This document shows, piece after piece, positions 1 to 10,350 of a DNA stretch of 64,000 nt. Location: IMG/VR virus record IMGVR_UViG_3300030329_003696, positions 64,001 to 128,000 of that record. One strand, given 5' to 3'. The position numbers and the translations under genes were made by a program. Origin of the DNA: a virus. How positions within the stretch are numbered: the stretch's first letter is position 1; every line of letters starts with the position of its first letter. The notes below the pieces were generated by a model that did no database searches, was not told where the DNA came from, and saw nothing but the letters and a program-made list of their open reading frames with translations.

Positions 1-1008
1 AGAGGACATTAGCTTTAGGTAATCGTATACAACTAGACAGTCGTTAGTTTTTCCAAACTCGTCTTGACCAACCTCTTGCATAATCCAACGCTTTATTGTG
101 TTGAGTATGGTTTCAAACGGGGCACCAGCAACACTCACATATGTGTAGGGAATATCCCTAATCTCCTCCATAGCATTGCGAACTTTTATTAGCTTTTCAT
201 CATCCTCAGAAAATCGTCCGGTAGAAACTTCTTCGATTGGAACTCCACTAATGTTAGAAAGGATTCTGTTGAGGTGATCTTCCTTGCTCATTTCGGTATC
301 CAGCATCAACACTGGAATACCTTTACGGGCATTGTGTAGTGCTACATTATCAGCAAAAACTGACTTACCAACCCCGGGGCGAGCAGATACAAGATCGACA
401 CACTTACGCCGTAAGCCACCACCGACAACAGCATCAAACCGAGGGAAGCCACTTGATAGTCCGATTTGGTCACACTTATTCTCCACCAAAAAATCTAAAT
501 ACTCATCTATGTCATCTCCGAGCTTTTCCGGCTTTTGACCAATCTCATCATTTCTGAGAAATTCTGTTATTGGGTTCTCAATTAAGTTGACAATTTCATC
601 TATAGATTCATCGCCTTTTATCTCGTCGATATCCTTTGATATTTTATGAGCAACCTTCTTGGCCTGTCTAGCCAGTTCAAACTTTTTGATTTGGGCAGCA
701 AAGTGAGGAACGTTTTCCCTCTTCACTGGGTAATCCATTAAGGCGTTTATATACTCAAGCTCCTGCTTTGTGTGAACGCACTCAGACAAATTCAACTGTT
801 CGGCAGCAGAAAGTATGGACGGTATATCTACGTGAGCATCCGACCTTAAAATTTTCTCAATACATTTAAATAGTACCTGATTGTTTCTGTGTGCAAAACT
901 ATTATGCGTTAGAAAATCAGATATCTCAACATATGATTCGACACCAAAAGAGAAGAGACCGGCTAGAACAGCTCTTTCGGAACCGAGATCTGACAATTTA
1001 GAATCCAT
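1..1008 (-). CDS. dnaB: DnaB-like replicative helicase (runs off the window edge; not in ORF track)
   Basis: Manual translation from ATG at 1008: MDSKLSDLGSERAVLAGL...SSGFPRFDAVVGGGLRRKCVDLVSARPGVGKS (Walker A)...LDTEMS...VVYDYLKLM, DnaB motifs. Confidence 0.92.
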   Translation of the reverse strand, partial: MDSKLSDLGSERAVLAGLFSFGVESYVEISDFLTHNSFAHRNNQVLFKCIEKILRSDAHVDIPSILSAAEQLNLSECVHTKQELEYINALMDYPVKRENVPHFAAQIKKFELARQAKKVAHKISKDIDEIKGDESIDEIVNLIENPITEFLRNDEIGQKPEKLGDDIDEYLDFLVENKCDQIGLSSGFPRFDAVVGGGLRRKCVDLVSARPGVGKSVFADNVALHNARKGIPVLMLDTEMSKEDHLNRILSNISGVPIEEVSTGRFSEDDEKLIKVRNAMEEIRDIPYTYVSVAGAPFETILNTIKRWIMQEVGQDEFGKTNDCLVVYDYLKLMSS

Positions 1009-1009
1009 A

Positions 1010-1429
1010 CTACCTTCCTGTGCAACGATTGCATCTTGTAAATTCGCCGTAGATTAAGTTCTCGTTGATGTGAAAGTTCTTGCCGCACACATGGCACTCA
1101 ACCTGAATCTTTTTAGCTCTGCCACGATTTCGGACTGTTTTACCCATACGTTCAAATTTTTCTGGATCGAAGTCCGGATCTCTATCCTCTCCTGTATCCA
1201 CCCATTGATTTTTTCTACCTCTCACTGGAGTTTTCCTTTGGTCTAAATCATTTTGTTTTATAACTTTAAAATCCTCAGAAATGTTTGACTGAGGCTCCGG
1301 AGGTGCTACGTCCTCCTGTGTTTCGGGAGCATCGCTTTTTGCATTACTGCTTAAAAGCTGATCTATTAAATTTGACTTCTGCTCCGGCGTTAGTGATTCT
1401 AACAATGCTTTTACAAGGTCGTCACTCAT
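1010..1429 (-). CDS. hypothetical protein with C-terminal Zn ribbon
   Basis: CHVC...CNRC; tightly packed in operon. Confidence 0.75.
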   Translation of the reverse strand: MSDDLVKALLESLTPEQKSNLIDQLLSSNAKSDAPETQEDVAPPEPQSNISEDFKVIKQNDLDQRKTPVRGRKNQWVDTGEDRDPDFDPEKFERMGKTVRNRGRAKKIQVECHVCGKNFHINENLIYGEFTRCNRCTGR

Positions 1430-1890
1430 TTTCTCTTCCCTTTTTCTATTAGAATATCTGCCTTACGGCGAACGTTGTACTCTCTACTCTTAATGTTTTC
1501 TAGTCTGCCCTCCGCAGTCAATTTCCACTCGTTTATCTTTGCCGCTAAATCGTCATTGCGTAGAATTGTTGCGACTTTGGTTTCATGTTTAGCGTATTGA
1601 TCCCAAACGCCACCATTTAGCTCTTCGCATATTATACTTTGCAAGGCATTTCCGCACCACCTGACTACATTTTCGCAGTGTGCCTTCTCTCTAGAAACGT
1701 GGTCAGCAAATTGGTAGAGCTGATACGCATAATTAAAACATTCATCTTGTTTTAAGTTTTCCATATCCTCTATTGAAAGAGTTTCGGGTATTATAAAGTC
1801 TGGTTTAAATGCGGTAGGGACTACATTCTTAGCTGCAATGTATGCATCTATTCCGTCCAAAAAATGTTTTAGTCTATCTGCTGCGTTCAA
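1426..1890 (-). CDS. helical protein, possibly UvsY-like recombination mediator
   Basis: TTG start at 1890 after GGAGAG; coiled-coil C-terminus; lies between RecA and helicase (function is inference). Confidence 0.5.
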   Translation of the reverse strand: MNAADRLKHFLDGIDAYIAAKNVVPTAFKPDFIIPETLSIEDMENLKQDECFNYAYQLYQFADHVSREKAHCENVVRWCGNALQSIICEELNGGVWDQYAKHETKVATILRNDDLAAKINEWKLTAEGRLENIKSREYNVRRKADILIEKGKRK

Positions 1891-2290
1891 TTTGTTCTCT
1901 CCAATACTCTGGTGAATCATCCCACCTAAGTTCAACTAGGTTTATGTCGTTCGTACGACACCACTCTCTTTTATCCATGTCTCTTTTCTTAGCCATAGCA
2001 AATCCTGCCTTGCTTTTATGAAAGTACGGAGTATATTTATAATGCTGTTGTCCATGAACCTCAATACCCATTATAGCACTCGGTATGTAGAAGTCAAGGT
2101 ATAGAACAGATTTTTTTGAGGGTTTTACAGATCCCGGTAATTTAACCTCTTCGTAGATATTATAGCCACGAAACATTTCTTTCAATAGAACTCTTGCAAT
2201 TTTATGATAGAAGGAGCAATTTTCTCTCTGCTTGGTGTACTTTTTTAAGTCTAGATTATACTCTCTACCGTTTAACCCAGTCACCTTCAT
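1874..2290 (-). CDS. DUF559/Vsr-like PD-(D/E)XK endonuclease
   Basis: LDFYIP...GIEVHGQQHY...RDMDKREWC motif. Confidence 0.75.
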   Translation of the reverse strand: MKVTGLNGREYNLDLKKYTKQRENCSFYHKIARVLLKEMFRGYNIYEEVKLPGSVKPSKKSVLYLDFYIPSAIMGIEVHGQQHYKYTPYFHKSKAGFAMAKKRDMDKREWCRTNDINLVELRWDDSPEYWREQIERSR

Positions 2291-3405
2291 AGCAGTACTT
2301 CTCTAATTTGCTCATATAAGAACTGGGTTATAGTCTCATTTGTTTCTAGAAAGTTGGTGACCTTCTCCATACCTTGAAACTTGAATGCTTTCGTGATAGC
2401 TTCTTCATCTTCTAGGTCTACTTCATTATCTATTAACCAACTTTTTATTACCGGATCTTCTTTGTTGTCTATCGCACACGTTATAGTGTACCAAGCACCG
2501 CTACGTTCGATCATAGCAAACTCACTTGCTATCTGAGATATCTCCTGACACTCATCGATTCCTACCCCATATCTAATCCAGCTCTCGGTAGTTTTCAGTG
2601 GTGTTCCACCTGCGGCAGAGGTCTTAATTAACCAGTTTGCAACCTGCCCAACGTGTTGCCCAGAGTCTTTTGGAACCTCCCATTTTCCTCGGTGCGTGAT
2701 AACCATATTGGTTCCAGCTTGATACTGAAGCATGTTTCCACAATCCGCCATCTTGGAAGGTGCCCAGCGACTACCTCCGGTATTTGCTATGTTGTGTGTA
2801 ATAAAAATTACTATAGCTTTCATTCTGGATACGTCGCCGCTTATACGCTTAAAAAACATTGACAACAATCTTGGTAGGGCGTTGCGTACACCGGTTCTGA
2901 TTTCCCCTTCTATTTCATCTTTGGGAACCATGTTGGAGGTGGAGTCTACTATCGCCACTAGGTCTGGCGTTTGTTTGATGTATGACTCTAATGCGTTGAG
3001 GTACTTCTCGGCTGGCACAATAGGCTCTTCATCTGTAGCTTGCATCACCTCAATAGCACCTATATCAAGATCTTTGATGCCCTTGAAATTTTCCTTAGTC
3101 AGCCTTCCCTCGGTATTTAGATAAACAACATTCTTCCCCTCTTTTTGGGCTTTGGCCGCAAAGTATAAGGCCGTAGTTGTTTTTCCAGTTTTGGGGTCGC
3201 CAGTCATAACAACACAGCTCCCTTCTCTGAGACCGCCGCCCAATGCTATGTCCAATGCTGGAGATATACCGATGGTTTTAAAGTTCTCAAGTGACTCTAA
3301 AACAGCGGAGCCAGACTGAACAATACGCCCATATTTTTTATTTATGATGTTTGTGACTGGGTTATCGCTTTTTGCGACCTCGGTCTTCTTCGTTTTCTTC
3401 GCCAT
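2287..3405 (-). CDS. recA: RecA/UvsX recombinase
   Basis: SPALDIALGGG, GDPKTGKTT Walker A, IVDS Walker B, IERSGAWY. Confidence 0.93.
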   Translation of the reverse strand: MAKKTKKTEVAKSDNPVTNIINKKYGRIVQSGSAVLESLENFKTIGISPALDIALGGGLREGSCVVMTGDPKTGKTTTALYFAAKAQKEGKNVVYLNTEGRLTKENFKGIKDLDIGAIEVMQATDEEPIVPAEKYLNALESYIKQTPDLVAIVDSTSNMVPKDEIEGEIRTGVRNALPRLLSMFFKRISGDVSRMKAIVIFITHNIANTGGSRWAPSKMADCGNMLQYQAGTNMVITHRGKWEVPKDSGQHVGQVANWLIKTSAAGGTPLKTTESWIRYGVGIDECQEISQIASEFAMIERSGAWYTITCAIDNKEDPVIKSWLIDNEVDLEDEEAITKAFKFQGMEKVTNFLETNETITQFLYEQIREVLL

Positions 3406-3847
3406 TTTCAAATTTCCTTAGAGTGTCAAACAGGTTTCTTCTACCGTACTTCTTTTTCTGGTGGGAAGCATTCTTCTTAACGTCAATCTCTTGACATTTT
3501 TCGGTCTGGTCATTTAATAATAGCTGATACTTGCGAATAATACCAATGGCTTTTGGATGATTAAGAGAAAAAATACTCTTAAACTCATCTGAGTGAATAG
3601 CCTTTACCAGAGCTTCCTCGGATATTTTATGGTCTTTCAATATTTTATTAGCCGCAAACATTTGCTTCTTAAATGTCCAGTCCCAAGGCTTTTTGTTCCA
3701 AAATTTATAGGGTAAAGATCCTTTGTTCTTTCTCTCGGCATTTCTCTTACACATTATCTCAGCTACGTACGCAGCACAGGTACAGTAATCCCCAGTGCTC
3801 TCGTGTTTATACCTACTTTTCTGACTTCGCTTTCGTTTTTTCTTCAT
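3362..3847 (-). CDS. hypothetical basic protein
   Basis: ORF coupled to neighbours; likely start MKKKRK. Confidence 0.7.
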   Translation of the reverse strand: MKKKRKRSQKSRYKHESTGDYCTCAAYVAEIMCKRNAERKNKGSLPYKFWNKKPWDWTFKKQMFAANKILKDHKISEEALVKAIHSDEFKSIFSLNHPKAIGIIRKYQLLLNDQTEKCQEIDVKKNASHQKKKYGRRNLFDTLRKFENGEENEEDRGRKKR

Positions 3848-4250
3848 TGTAAATAATCGCCTCTTCAAAACAGTCCTCAATTTCATCCTCGTATTCCAAG
3901 TCTTTAAGTAGTTCGGGTATCATCCACATCTGTTTATGAATTAACCCGTCATCCTTAAGCAAACCGAGCGTTAGGAAGTTGGTTGTCCCTGCTCCCATCT
4001 CACCCATAGCAGATCTAACCAAATAAATTCCAGCGGGATCTCCTATGTCTAAAACACACTTGTGAGACCTAAACTGTAGATGCATCTCTTTTACAAAAGT
4101 CTTTTTAGACTCACAGTGTTTTTTAACTTTCGCCCAAGTCTCGTGTTTGCCGTCAAAGAAAAAGTGCTTTCCATCTTTAGTCATTACCTTAACCCAAACC
4201 TTATCCTTGTTTGAACTCCTGTAATGTTCCCTCCATTTTTCCTCGTCCAT
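3813..4250 (-). CDS. hypothetical protein
   Basis: ORF in operon, RBS GGAG. Confidence 0.7.
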   Translation of the reverse strand: MDEEKWREHYRSSNKDKVWVKVMTKDGKHFFFDGKHETWAKVKKHCESKKTFVKEMHLQFRSHKCVLDIGDPAGIYLVRSAMGEMGAGTTNFLTLGLLKDDGLIHKQMWMIPELLKDLEYEDEIEDCFEEAIIYNEEKTKAKSEK

Positions 4251-4251
4251 A

Positions 4252-4551
4252 CTACTCTCCCTTAATTGTTGTTACGCAGGAAGGTCTCTTTTTTGCATTG
4301 AATTCGACTCTTCTGGAGTCAGCCATCTCGGAGGCAGATTGTGTCATAACGGTAGACCCCTTTTCGTTTCTGCCGAACTGTTGATATAAAAGGCTGTCCT
4401 CTGTTTTTTTCTCTTTTGGTAATGTGCCTAGAAATTTTTTCACGCTAGACTTCGCCCTATCGAGATCTTTACATAGCGTGTCTAAGTCAACGCTCTTATG
4501 GTGTTCTAGGTAAAATCTTTCAGCCTTGCTTAGTGGTCCTTTTTTAGTCAT
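4252..4551 (-). CDS. hypothetical protein (possible N-terminal HTH)
   Basis: LDTLCKDLDRAKSSVKKFL; operon packing. Confidence 0.65.
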   Translation of the reverse strand: MTKKGPLSKAERFYLEHHKSVDLDTLCKDLDRAKSSVKKFLGTLPKEKKTEDSLLYQQFGRNEKGSTVMTQSASEMADSRRVEFNAKKRPSCVTTIKGE

Positions 4552-4876
4552 TTAAAAATCCTCTCTGAGCCTTTGTTAAGTAAATTGAATTATTAGTTTT
4601 TAAATATGTGATATAAAAATCAAATGTCGCTTTTGATACCCTTCTAATCTTTGTGTCTATGAATTTTTCACGCTTGCCGTAAGGCCCGTTTGGGTCGAAT
4701 AAGCTACTCTGATGTATCTTAGCAAAATAACTCTCATTGCCGTCTTCAGTTGTTATAACTTTAGCGTAATGGGAAATTATATACTTCTTTTCTTCTTCTA
4801 TTAAATTCCCAGTTTTATCAAAAAGACTTATACGGCTCGTATTCTTCTCTATATAACCCTCACCTATATACTTCAT
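4544..4876 (-). CDS. hypothetical protein
   Basis: ORF coupled to neighbours. Confidence 0.7.
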   Translation of the reverse strand: MKYIGEGYIEKNTSRISLFDKTGNLIEEEKKYIISHYAKVITTEDGNESYFAKIHQSSLFDPNGPYGKREKFIDTKIRRVSKATFDFYITYLKTNNSIYLTKAQRGFLND

Positions 4877-5229
4877 TTTTTACCCTCCATTATATATTTA
4901 GCTTTCTGTTTATTTGTCATTGAGTTTATCTCTTTTGATGTAGCGTTTCCGTGTTTATGGTACCATGCCTTACTCTCTTTCGGTTTAGATTCATTTTTCT
5001 TGTGCGTTTCTTCTGCGATTTTATTTTTATTGGCACTCGCATTCTTATCTGCGATGCTACCTATAGTATTAGAGCCTTTTACAAAACTATGAACTCCTCC
5101 CGTTATAACCCTATATAAGGCGGGTTCCTTGCATTCTGGGCAGAAGGATAATGGGTCGTCATTAAAAGACTGCTTGACATCTAAAATTTGATGTGAGCAT
5201 TTTTCACATTCGTAATCATATAGTGGCAT
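4873..5229 (-). CDS. FmdB-family zinc-ribbon protein
   Basis: MPLYDYECEKC...CPEC...LYRVI. Confidence 0.85.
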   Translation of the reverse strand: MPLYDYECEKCSHQILDVKQSFNDDPLSFCPECKEPALYRVITGGVHSFVKGSNTIGSIADKNASANKNKIAEETHKKNESKPKESKAWYHKHGNATSKEINSMTNKQKAKYIMEGKK

Positions 5230-5892
5230 TTAATTCTCCAATGCAGTTAGTACCCTGCCTATTATATCATTTCTCTGTATATCTTCGTATCCCAACCTAC
5301 AGATACCCACCCCGTCGATGCCCTCAAGTTTGGATATGCAGTAGTCTAGGCCACTCCTTCCTCGGAGGTCGTCTTGGTTAACATCTCCATTGATGAGAAC
5401 CTTACTGTTCTTTCCCATCCGAGTTATGAACATCTTGATTTGTTCGGTTGTACAGTTTTGTGCTTCGTCTAATATCATGTAAGCATTATGAAAAGTTGAA
5501 CCCCTCATTATTTCCAATGGCTTATATAGTATCTGCCCCTCGTTATCGTAGTGGCCATAATAGGATCTTCCAAAGAAAAACTTTAGATTCTCTTGCATTG
5601 GTAGTAGGTAAGGTGCTATTTTTTCACCAAGTTCTCCCGGTAAAGAACCAATATCCTTTCCTGTGCAAACCAATGGTCTAGTAATAATTATCTGTTCTAT
5701 GTCTCCTCTGTGTAGATGTTCTGCTGCTATACCGGCAGCGACAAAAGACTTGCCTGAACCCGATGGGCCAGAGCAGAACACGATATCGTTCTCTACAATT
5801 GATCTTATATATATTTTTTGGTTTTCTGTTTTTGCTTCAACATGCTGTACTTTGGGCTTTTCTTCTCTTCTGGTTCTTCTATTTCTCGCCAT
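5230..5892 (-). CDS. phoH: PhoH-like ATPase
   Basis: GPSGSGKS, MRGSTF, ILDEAQN, GDVNQDD. Confidence 0.93.
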   Translation of the reverse strand: MARNRRTRREEKPKVQHVEAKTENQKIYIRSIVENDIVFCSGPSGSGKSFVAAGIAAEHLHRGDIEQIIITRPLVCTGKDIGSLPGELGEKIAPYLLPMQENLKFFFGRSYYGHYDNEGQILYKPLEIMRGSTFHNAYMILDEAQNCTTEQIKMFITRMGKNSKVLINGDVNQDDLRGRSGLDYCISKLEGIDGVGICRLGYEDIQRNDIIGRVLTALEN

Positions 5893-5912
5893 TTATTGTT
5901 ACCTTCTAGGAA

Positions 5913-6353
5913 TTACAGGTCAGTTTCTTTAATAAAGATTCCGTCAACCATCCTACCTTTTCTATCCTTGATATCGTCCCAAGCCTTCGACAGACAATCT
6001 GCGAGACTTAACTTGTTCCGTTCTGCTATATTTAGTAGAACGACGATCATGTCTCCAATGTCGTCAGACACGTCCTCGCCTTTACAGATGTTGTCGGAAA
6101 GCTCACCGGCTTCCTGTATCAGTTTAGCAAATTGGTCTTTATCTGTTGACCCATCAATGAGATTACGATCATGGTGCCAGCCAACGATCTTTTTTACGTA
6201 GTCGTCGGTAGATAGATTTTCTTGCACTGTAATCCATTCTGGGTAACTATTAAAAACAACATCTTGTTTCACTCCGTGAACAGTCTCTAGTTTGTACCTG
6301 TGTAGTTGATCCATTCTAGCGTCTTGGTCGGGATGTGAGTTTTTTCCTGTCAT
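5913..6353 (-). CDS. MazG-like nucleotide pyrophosphohydrolase
   Basis: KLIQEAGEL...DDIGDMIVVL...AWDDIKDRKG. Confidence 0.85.
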   Translation of the reverse strand: MTGKNSHPDQDARMDQLHRYKLETVHGVKQDVVFNSYPEWITVQENLSTDDYVKKIVGWHHDRNLIDGSTDKDQFAKLIQEAGELSDNICKGEDVSDDIGDMIVVLLNIAERNKLSLADCLSKAWDDIKDRKGRMVDGIFIKETDL

Positions 6354-7423
6354 AGTTTCATATCTCCAAAGTCCATATCGTCCAAATCGTTTTTACTAGC
6401 ACCTATTTTATAACTAGTGATCTCGTGTTCTTGAGGTGCAACCTGAACACTCTCACTCTGCATCCACGCCTGAGTCCATCCTGCTATTGGGTTCTTGCCG
6501 ACATTCTCGTAAGGTAGCCCAATCATTTTTCTTCTGCTCATACAAAGCCAGTCAACATATTGATGCAAAACTGTTTCGTTGAGACCGATAATTGAACCAT
6601 CCTTAAATAGGTAAGACGCCCACTTCTTTTCCTCCTCTGCGGCGTTTTCAAACATTTTTACCGCATCTTCTTCGCACTGTTGAGCAATCTTGGTGAAACC
6701 CTCTGATTCTTCTTTTTGCAATATTTTAAGTATTTCTTTCGTGTTTGTTAGGTGTAACGCTTCGTCTCTTTTGATTAGTTTAATAATGTCCGCATTTCCT
6801 ACCATTTTTTTATTTTCAGCGAAAGCAAAACTGCAAACAAAGCTAACATAAAATCTAACGGCTTCTAGGATATTAATGCTCATTACGGTCATATATATTT
6901 GCTTCTTGAGGTCTGAAGGTTTGTTTTTATCACAAGCCATCCCCATCAGATTGTTATAATCACGAATGGCACCGTTTGCACGTTTCATGATTTCTTTATC
7001 CTCATAAATCCCCCCAAAGACCTCTGAGCTGTCTGCATACACGTTTTGAATAATGTATGAGTAAGATTGGCTATGAATTTTTTCAAAGAACTGCCACGTC
7101 ATGAGGCAGGCCTCTAGCTCTGTATTTGTAACAAACTCTAGTAAGGTTGGTACGCCTCGACAAATTACGCTGTCGAGCATAGTTTGATACTTCAAGTTAG
7201 AGGTGAAGATAAATTTCTCATTATCTGACATCTCTTTAAAATCTCCACGATCTTTTTTTAGCTCTATCTCTTCCGGCCTCCAGAAGTTCATCATCTGCTT
7301 ACTGTCAAGATCCTTAAAGATTGGATACTTAAGAACGTCGTAACGCTGAACACCTAAATCCTTCCCCAGAAATAGGGGTTGTGTCATTGGGTCTACGTTC
7401 TTGGTGTTGAAAATAGTCTTCAT
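6350..7423 (-). CDS. nrdB: class Ia ribonucleotide reductase beta subunit
   Basis: FWRPEEI, EKIHSQSY, EAVRFYVSF, RDEALH, QVAPQE. Confidence 0.95.
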   Translation of the reverse strand: MKTIFNTKNVDPMTQPLFLGKDLGVQRYDVLKYPIFKDLDSKQMMNFWRPEEIELKKDRGDFKEMSDNEKFIFTSNLKYQTMLDSVICRGVPTLLEFVTNTELEACLMTWQFFEKIHSQSYSYIIQNVYADSSEVFGGIYEDKEIMKRANGAIRDYNNLMGMACDKNKPSDLKKQIYMTVMSINILEAVRFYVSFVCSFAFAENKKMVGNADIIKLIKRDEALHLTNTKEILKILQKEESEGFTKIAQQCEEDAVKMFENAAEEEKKWASYLFKDGSIIGLNETVLHQYVDWLCMSRRKMIGLPYENVGKNPIAGWTQAWMQSESVQVAPQEHEITSYKIGASKNDLDDMDFGDMKL

Positions 7424-7824
7424 TTTTTTTTGGCCTCTTGAATTTTTTGCCTTAAACCGGATGATGAATACCCGAACCTCTTGCAGTAATGAATTTCTAT
7501 GTCTAACTCACTACCAGTAAAGTCCGTCTTTGTTATGTAGTCTTCGCCTAAGAATCTGATATGATAGTCACCACTTTTTAATATGACATACAGGTCTTCC
7601 TCAGTCTCGTAGGGTATTATTTCATCAATAAACACGTTTGATTTTAATCTTAGGTATCTTTGATAAACCGTCTCTATTGGTTTGTTTTTATCTGGTCTAT
7701 CAATTGTTGGGTCGGTGTGTAAGCCTACTGTAAGTTTTCTACAGTGCTTTTTGCACTCTTCCAACATAAGTATATGACCGGCATGACATAGATCAAAAGC
7801 CGAACAGGTGAAACCGTTTTTCAT
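7420..7824 (-). CDS. cytidylyltransferase (TagD-like)
   Basis: FDLCHAGH (HxGH), YSSSGLR; inserted between nrdA and nrdB. Confidence 0.88.
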   Translation of the reverse strand: MKNGFTCSAFDLCHAGHILMLEECKKHCRKLTVGLHTDPTIDRPDKNKPIETVYQRYLRLKSNVFIDEIIPYETEEDLYVILKSGDYHIRFLGEDYITKTDFTGSELDIEIHYCKRFGYSSSGLRQKIQEAKKK

Positions 7825-10049
7825 ATCGCACACGCTCCAGATTCGCAATTCATGCCCTTCTCTGTTTCTCCGTCACCATCTGGAGTGTTAGCATAATAAA
7901 AGTTTTTTAACCCATATTTGTAGCCGTATATCTGATCTTTAATCAGCACACTGAGTGGGATATTACCATCTTCATAATGGGAGTAGTTGTAGTACAGATT
8001 TGTACTCATACTCATGTCCACAAACTTCTGTATTACTGCGGCTATATTTATAATAGCCGTGTTATCTGTCATTTCCCAAGCTAAAGTATAATGTTTTTTC
8101 CTCATGTGGTAATTTGGAACTAACTGTTTAAGGATTCCGTTCTTTGCTTTCTTGTGTATCAACAACGATCTAACGGGTTCAATTCCATTGGTAGAGTTCT
8201 GAATGACGGAGCTAGATTCACAAGGCATAATAGCAGATAAAGTAGAGTGCCTAAGACCATGTTCTTTAATCCTCTCACGCAACCCCTCCCAGTCCATGTT
8301 ATAGTTAGGTTTTATTAGTTCGTCTACAGTTTTTTTGTACCAATCGATTGGTAACAACCCCTGAGAATACTTTGTGTCTTCAAACTTAGGGCAAGAACCT
8401 TTTTCTTCAGCTAACTCACAACTAGCGTTGATAAGGTTCCACTGAATTTGTTCCATAGTTTCATGTACTAGCTCTAGTGCTTCAACATCTTCGTACTTCA
8501 GCTTGTTCTTAGCCAAGAAGCCAGCTAGATTGGTGATGCCAATACCCAAAGATCTTCTGTTTTTAGTAAATGTCTCACCAGCTAAAACTGGGTAATCTTG
8601 ATAGTCGATAACAGAGTCTAGAGTCCTAACCGCCATCCGGCAGGCGTCCTCTATGTCTTTCTCGTTACCTAGTTCTAATAAGTTTAGTGCCGAAAGAATA
8701 CAGATGCCTATTTCACCCTCTGGATCGTCAATGGATTGAATTGGTTGGGTCGGGTGGATGATTTCTTGACAAAGGTTGCTCATATAGCAAGGTGTCGCCC
8801 ATGACCCATGTGCATTAGCTGAGTCAATATTCATGCTATATATACGACCAGTTTCAAGTCTCTCCCGAGCAAAAATCTCAGCCAGTTTACGTGCTGATAC
8901 CTTCTTCTTGAACTTTAGCGAAGTGGCTCTCTCATATTTTAAATATAGCTCTTCAAATTTTTCATTATCACCAAACGCATCGTATAGACCAGTTGCCTCT
9001 TGAGGACTAAACAGGGTAACGTCTTCATTGGCTATTAATCGGTCATAAAAGATCTTGCAAAATTGAATGCTATAATCTAATTTACGAACACGATTATCGT
9101 CTGTTCCTGCGTTGTTCTTGAGAACCATAATGTCTTCAATTTCATAGTGCCAGAACGGTACATGGACCGTAGCAGATCCTCCACGTAGTCCATTCTGAGA
9201 CGTTGACTTTACAGCAGACTCAAAGTTTTTTAGATATGGAATTAGGCCCGTATGGATAACCTCACCACCCCTGATGGGAGAATTGATTGGTCTCATTCTT
9301 CCAATGTTGAGTCCAATTCCCGCTCTTCTCGCTGTATACTTGCCCACCGCATGAATACTCGAAAATATACCGTCAAGATTGTCATCAACATCAACCAAAA
9401 CGCAACTGGCGAACTGACGTATGTTAGTCCTAACACCAGCCATAATAGGAGTAGGAAGATTAATTTTGAATGTAGAATAACAGTCATAAGCTTTCTTTAC
9501 CTCATTTATGTCATCAAACAAGCACATTGCTATACACATATAAGCGAATTGAGGGGTCTCGTATATCGCTCCGGTGCTTCTGTTTTTTACTAGGTACTTA
9601 TCAATAAGTTGTTGTAGCCCAGCAAACGTGAATTTGTCATCTCTAGAGTGGTCTATATATTTTCCTAGCTTGTCAACGTCTTCAATAGACCATCTAGCTA
9701 GTATGGCTGGATCATAGACCGCATTATCTACGTTTCTTTGTAGGAACAACAAGAAGTCTGTTGGTTGGTCGCCATACCCCCAAACCTCTTTTCGTAGCTG
9801 CATATTTAACAGTCTTGCGGCAACATATTGGTAGTTGGGGTTGGTTTCAGAAATTAAGTCATTAGCCGACTTGATGAGTATCTGGTGTATGTCTGAGCTA
9901 CTAATCCCATCGTAAATAGAGAGATTTGCGTTCATGCAGATATCTGAGAATGAAACCCCATTAATACCCTTGGTAGCCCATTGAACGACTTTGTGAATTT
10001 TTTCTACGGAGAACTCTTCTTTTTCTCCGCTTCTTTTGGTGACGTGCAT
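7821..10049 (-). CDS. nrdA: class Ia ribonucleotide reductase alpha subunit
   Basis: ATP cone, PTPIMAG, QFASC, SNLCQEI, C-terminal CESGAC. Confidence 0.96.
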   Translation of the reverse strand: MHVTKRSGEKEEFSVEKIHKVVQWATKGINGVSFSDICMNANLSIYDGISSSDIHQILIKSANDLISETNPNYQYVAARLLNMQLRKEVWGYGDQPTDFLLFLQRNVDNAVYDPAILARWSIEDVDKLGKYIDHSRDDKFTFAGLQQLIDKYLVKNRSTGAIYETPQFAYMCIAMCLFDDINEVKKAYDCYSTFKINLPTPIMAGVRTNIRQFASCVLVDVDDNLDGIFSSIHAVGKYTARRAGIGLNIGRMRPINSPIRGGEVIHTGLIPYLKNFESAVKSTSQNGLRGGSATVHVPFWHYEIEDIMVLKNNAGTDDNRVRKLDYSIQFCKIFYDRLIANEDVTLFSPQEATGLYDAFGDNEKFEELYLKYERATSLKFKKKVSARKLAEIFARERLETGRIYSMNIDSANAHGSWATPCYMSNLCQEIIHPTQPIQSIDDPEGEIGICILSALNLLELGNEKDIEDACRMAVRTLDSVIDYQDYPVLAGETFTKNRRSLGIGITNLAGFLAKNKLKYEDVEALELVHETMEQIQWNLINASCELAEEKGSCPKFEDTKYSQGLLPIDWYKKTVDELIKPNYNMDWEGLRERIKEHGLRHSTLSAIMPCESSSVIQNSTNGIEPVRSLLIHKKAKNGILKQLVPNYHMRKKHYTLAWEMTDNTAIINIAAVIQKFVDMSMSTNLYYNYSHYEDGNIPLSVLIKDQIYGYKYGLKNFYYANTPDGDGETEKGMNCESGACAI

Positions 10050-10176
10050 TTAGTTATATCCTTATTATATCTGCGATGTTGGCACATCTTCATTATAACA
10101 CATCTAGGCCGTAAGTCAAGTGACTAGATGCAAATACCCCGCAATAATCTGCTGGCGACTACGGCGGGGCATTAAA

Positions 10177-10350
10177 TCATTTTAAAATTTTAATTTCTAC
10201 ATTATCACCAATCTTAATCAGTATAATGTCTTTTCCATTCTCCTTTGTGAAAGAAATCATATCGAGTATTTCAGTTGCCTTGTCTATGTCTTTTTGTTCT
10301 ACGTTTACATGTTCTAGTATTGATTCAACTATTTTGTCCGTGATGCCCAT
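10177..10350 (-). CDS. small hypothetical protein
   Basis: coupled to upstream ORF (TAATG). Confidence 0.6.
   Translation of the reverse strand: MGITDKIVESILEHVNVEQKDIDKATEILDMISFTKENGKDIILIKIGDNVEIKILK

Noticed and set aside
6350-10049. Introns or inteins in nrdA/nrdB (also recA and terminase)
   Set aside because: ORFs are continuous and of normal length, with no intein motifs.
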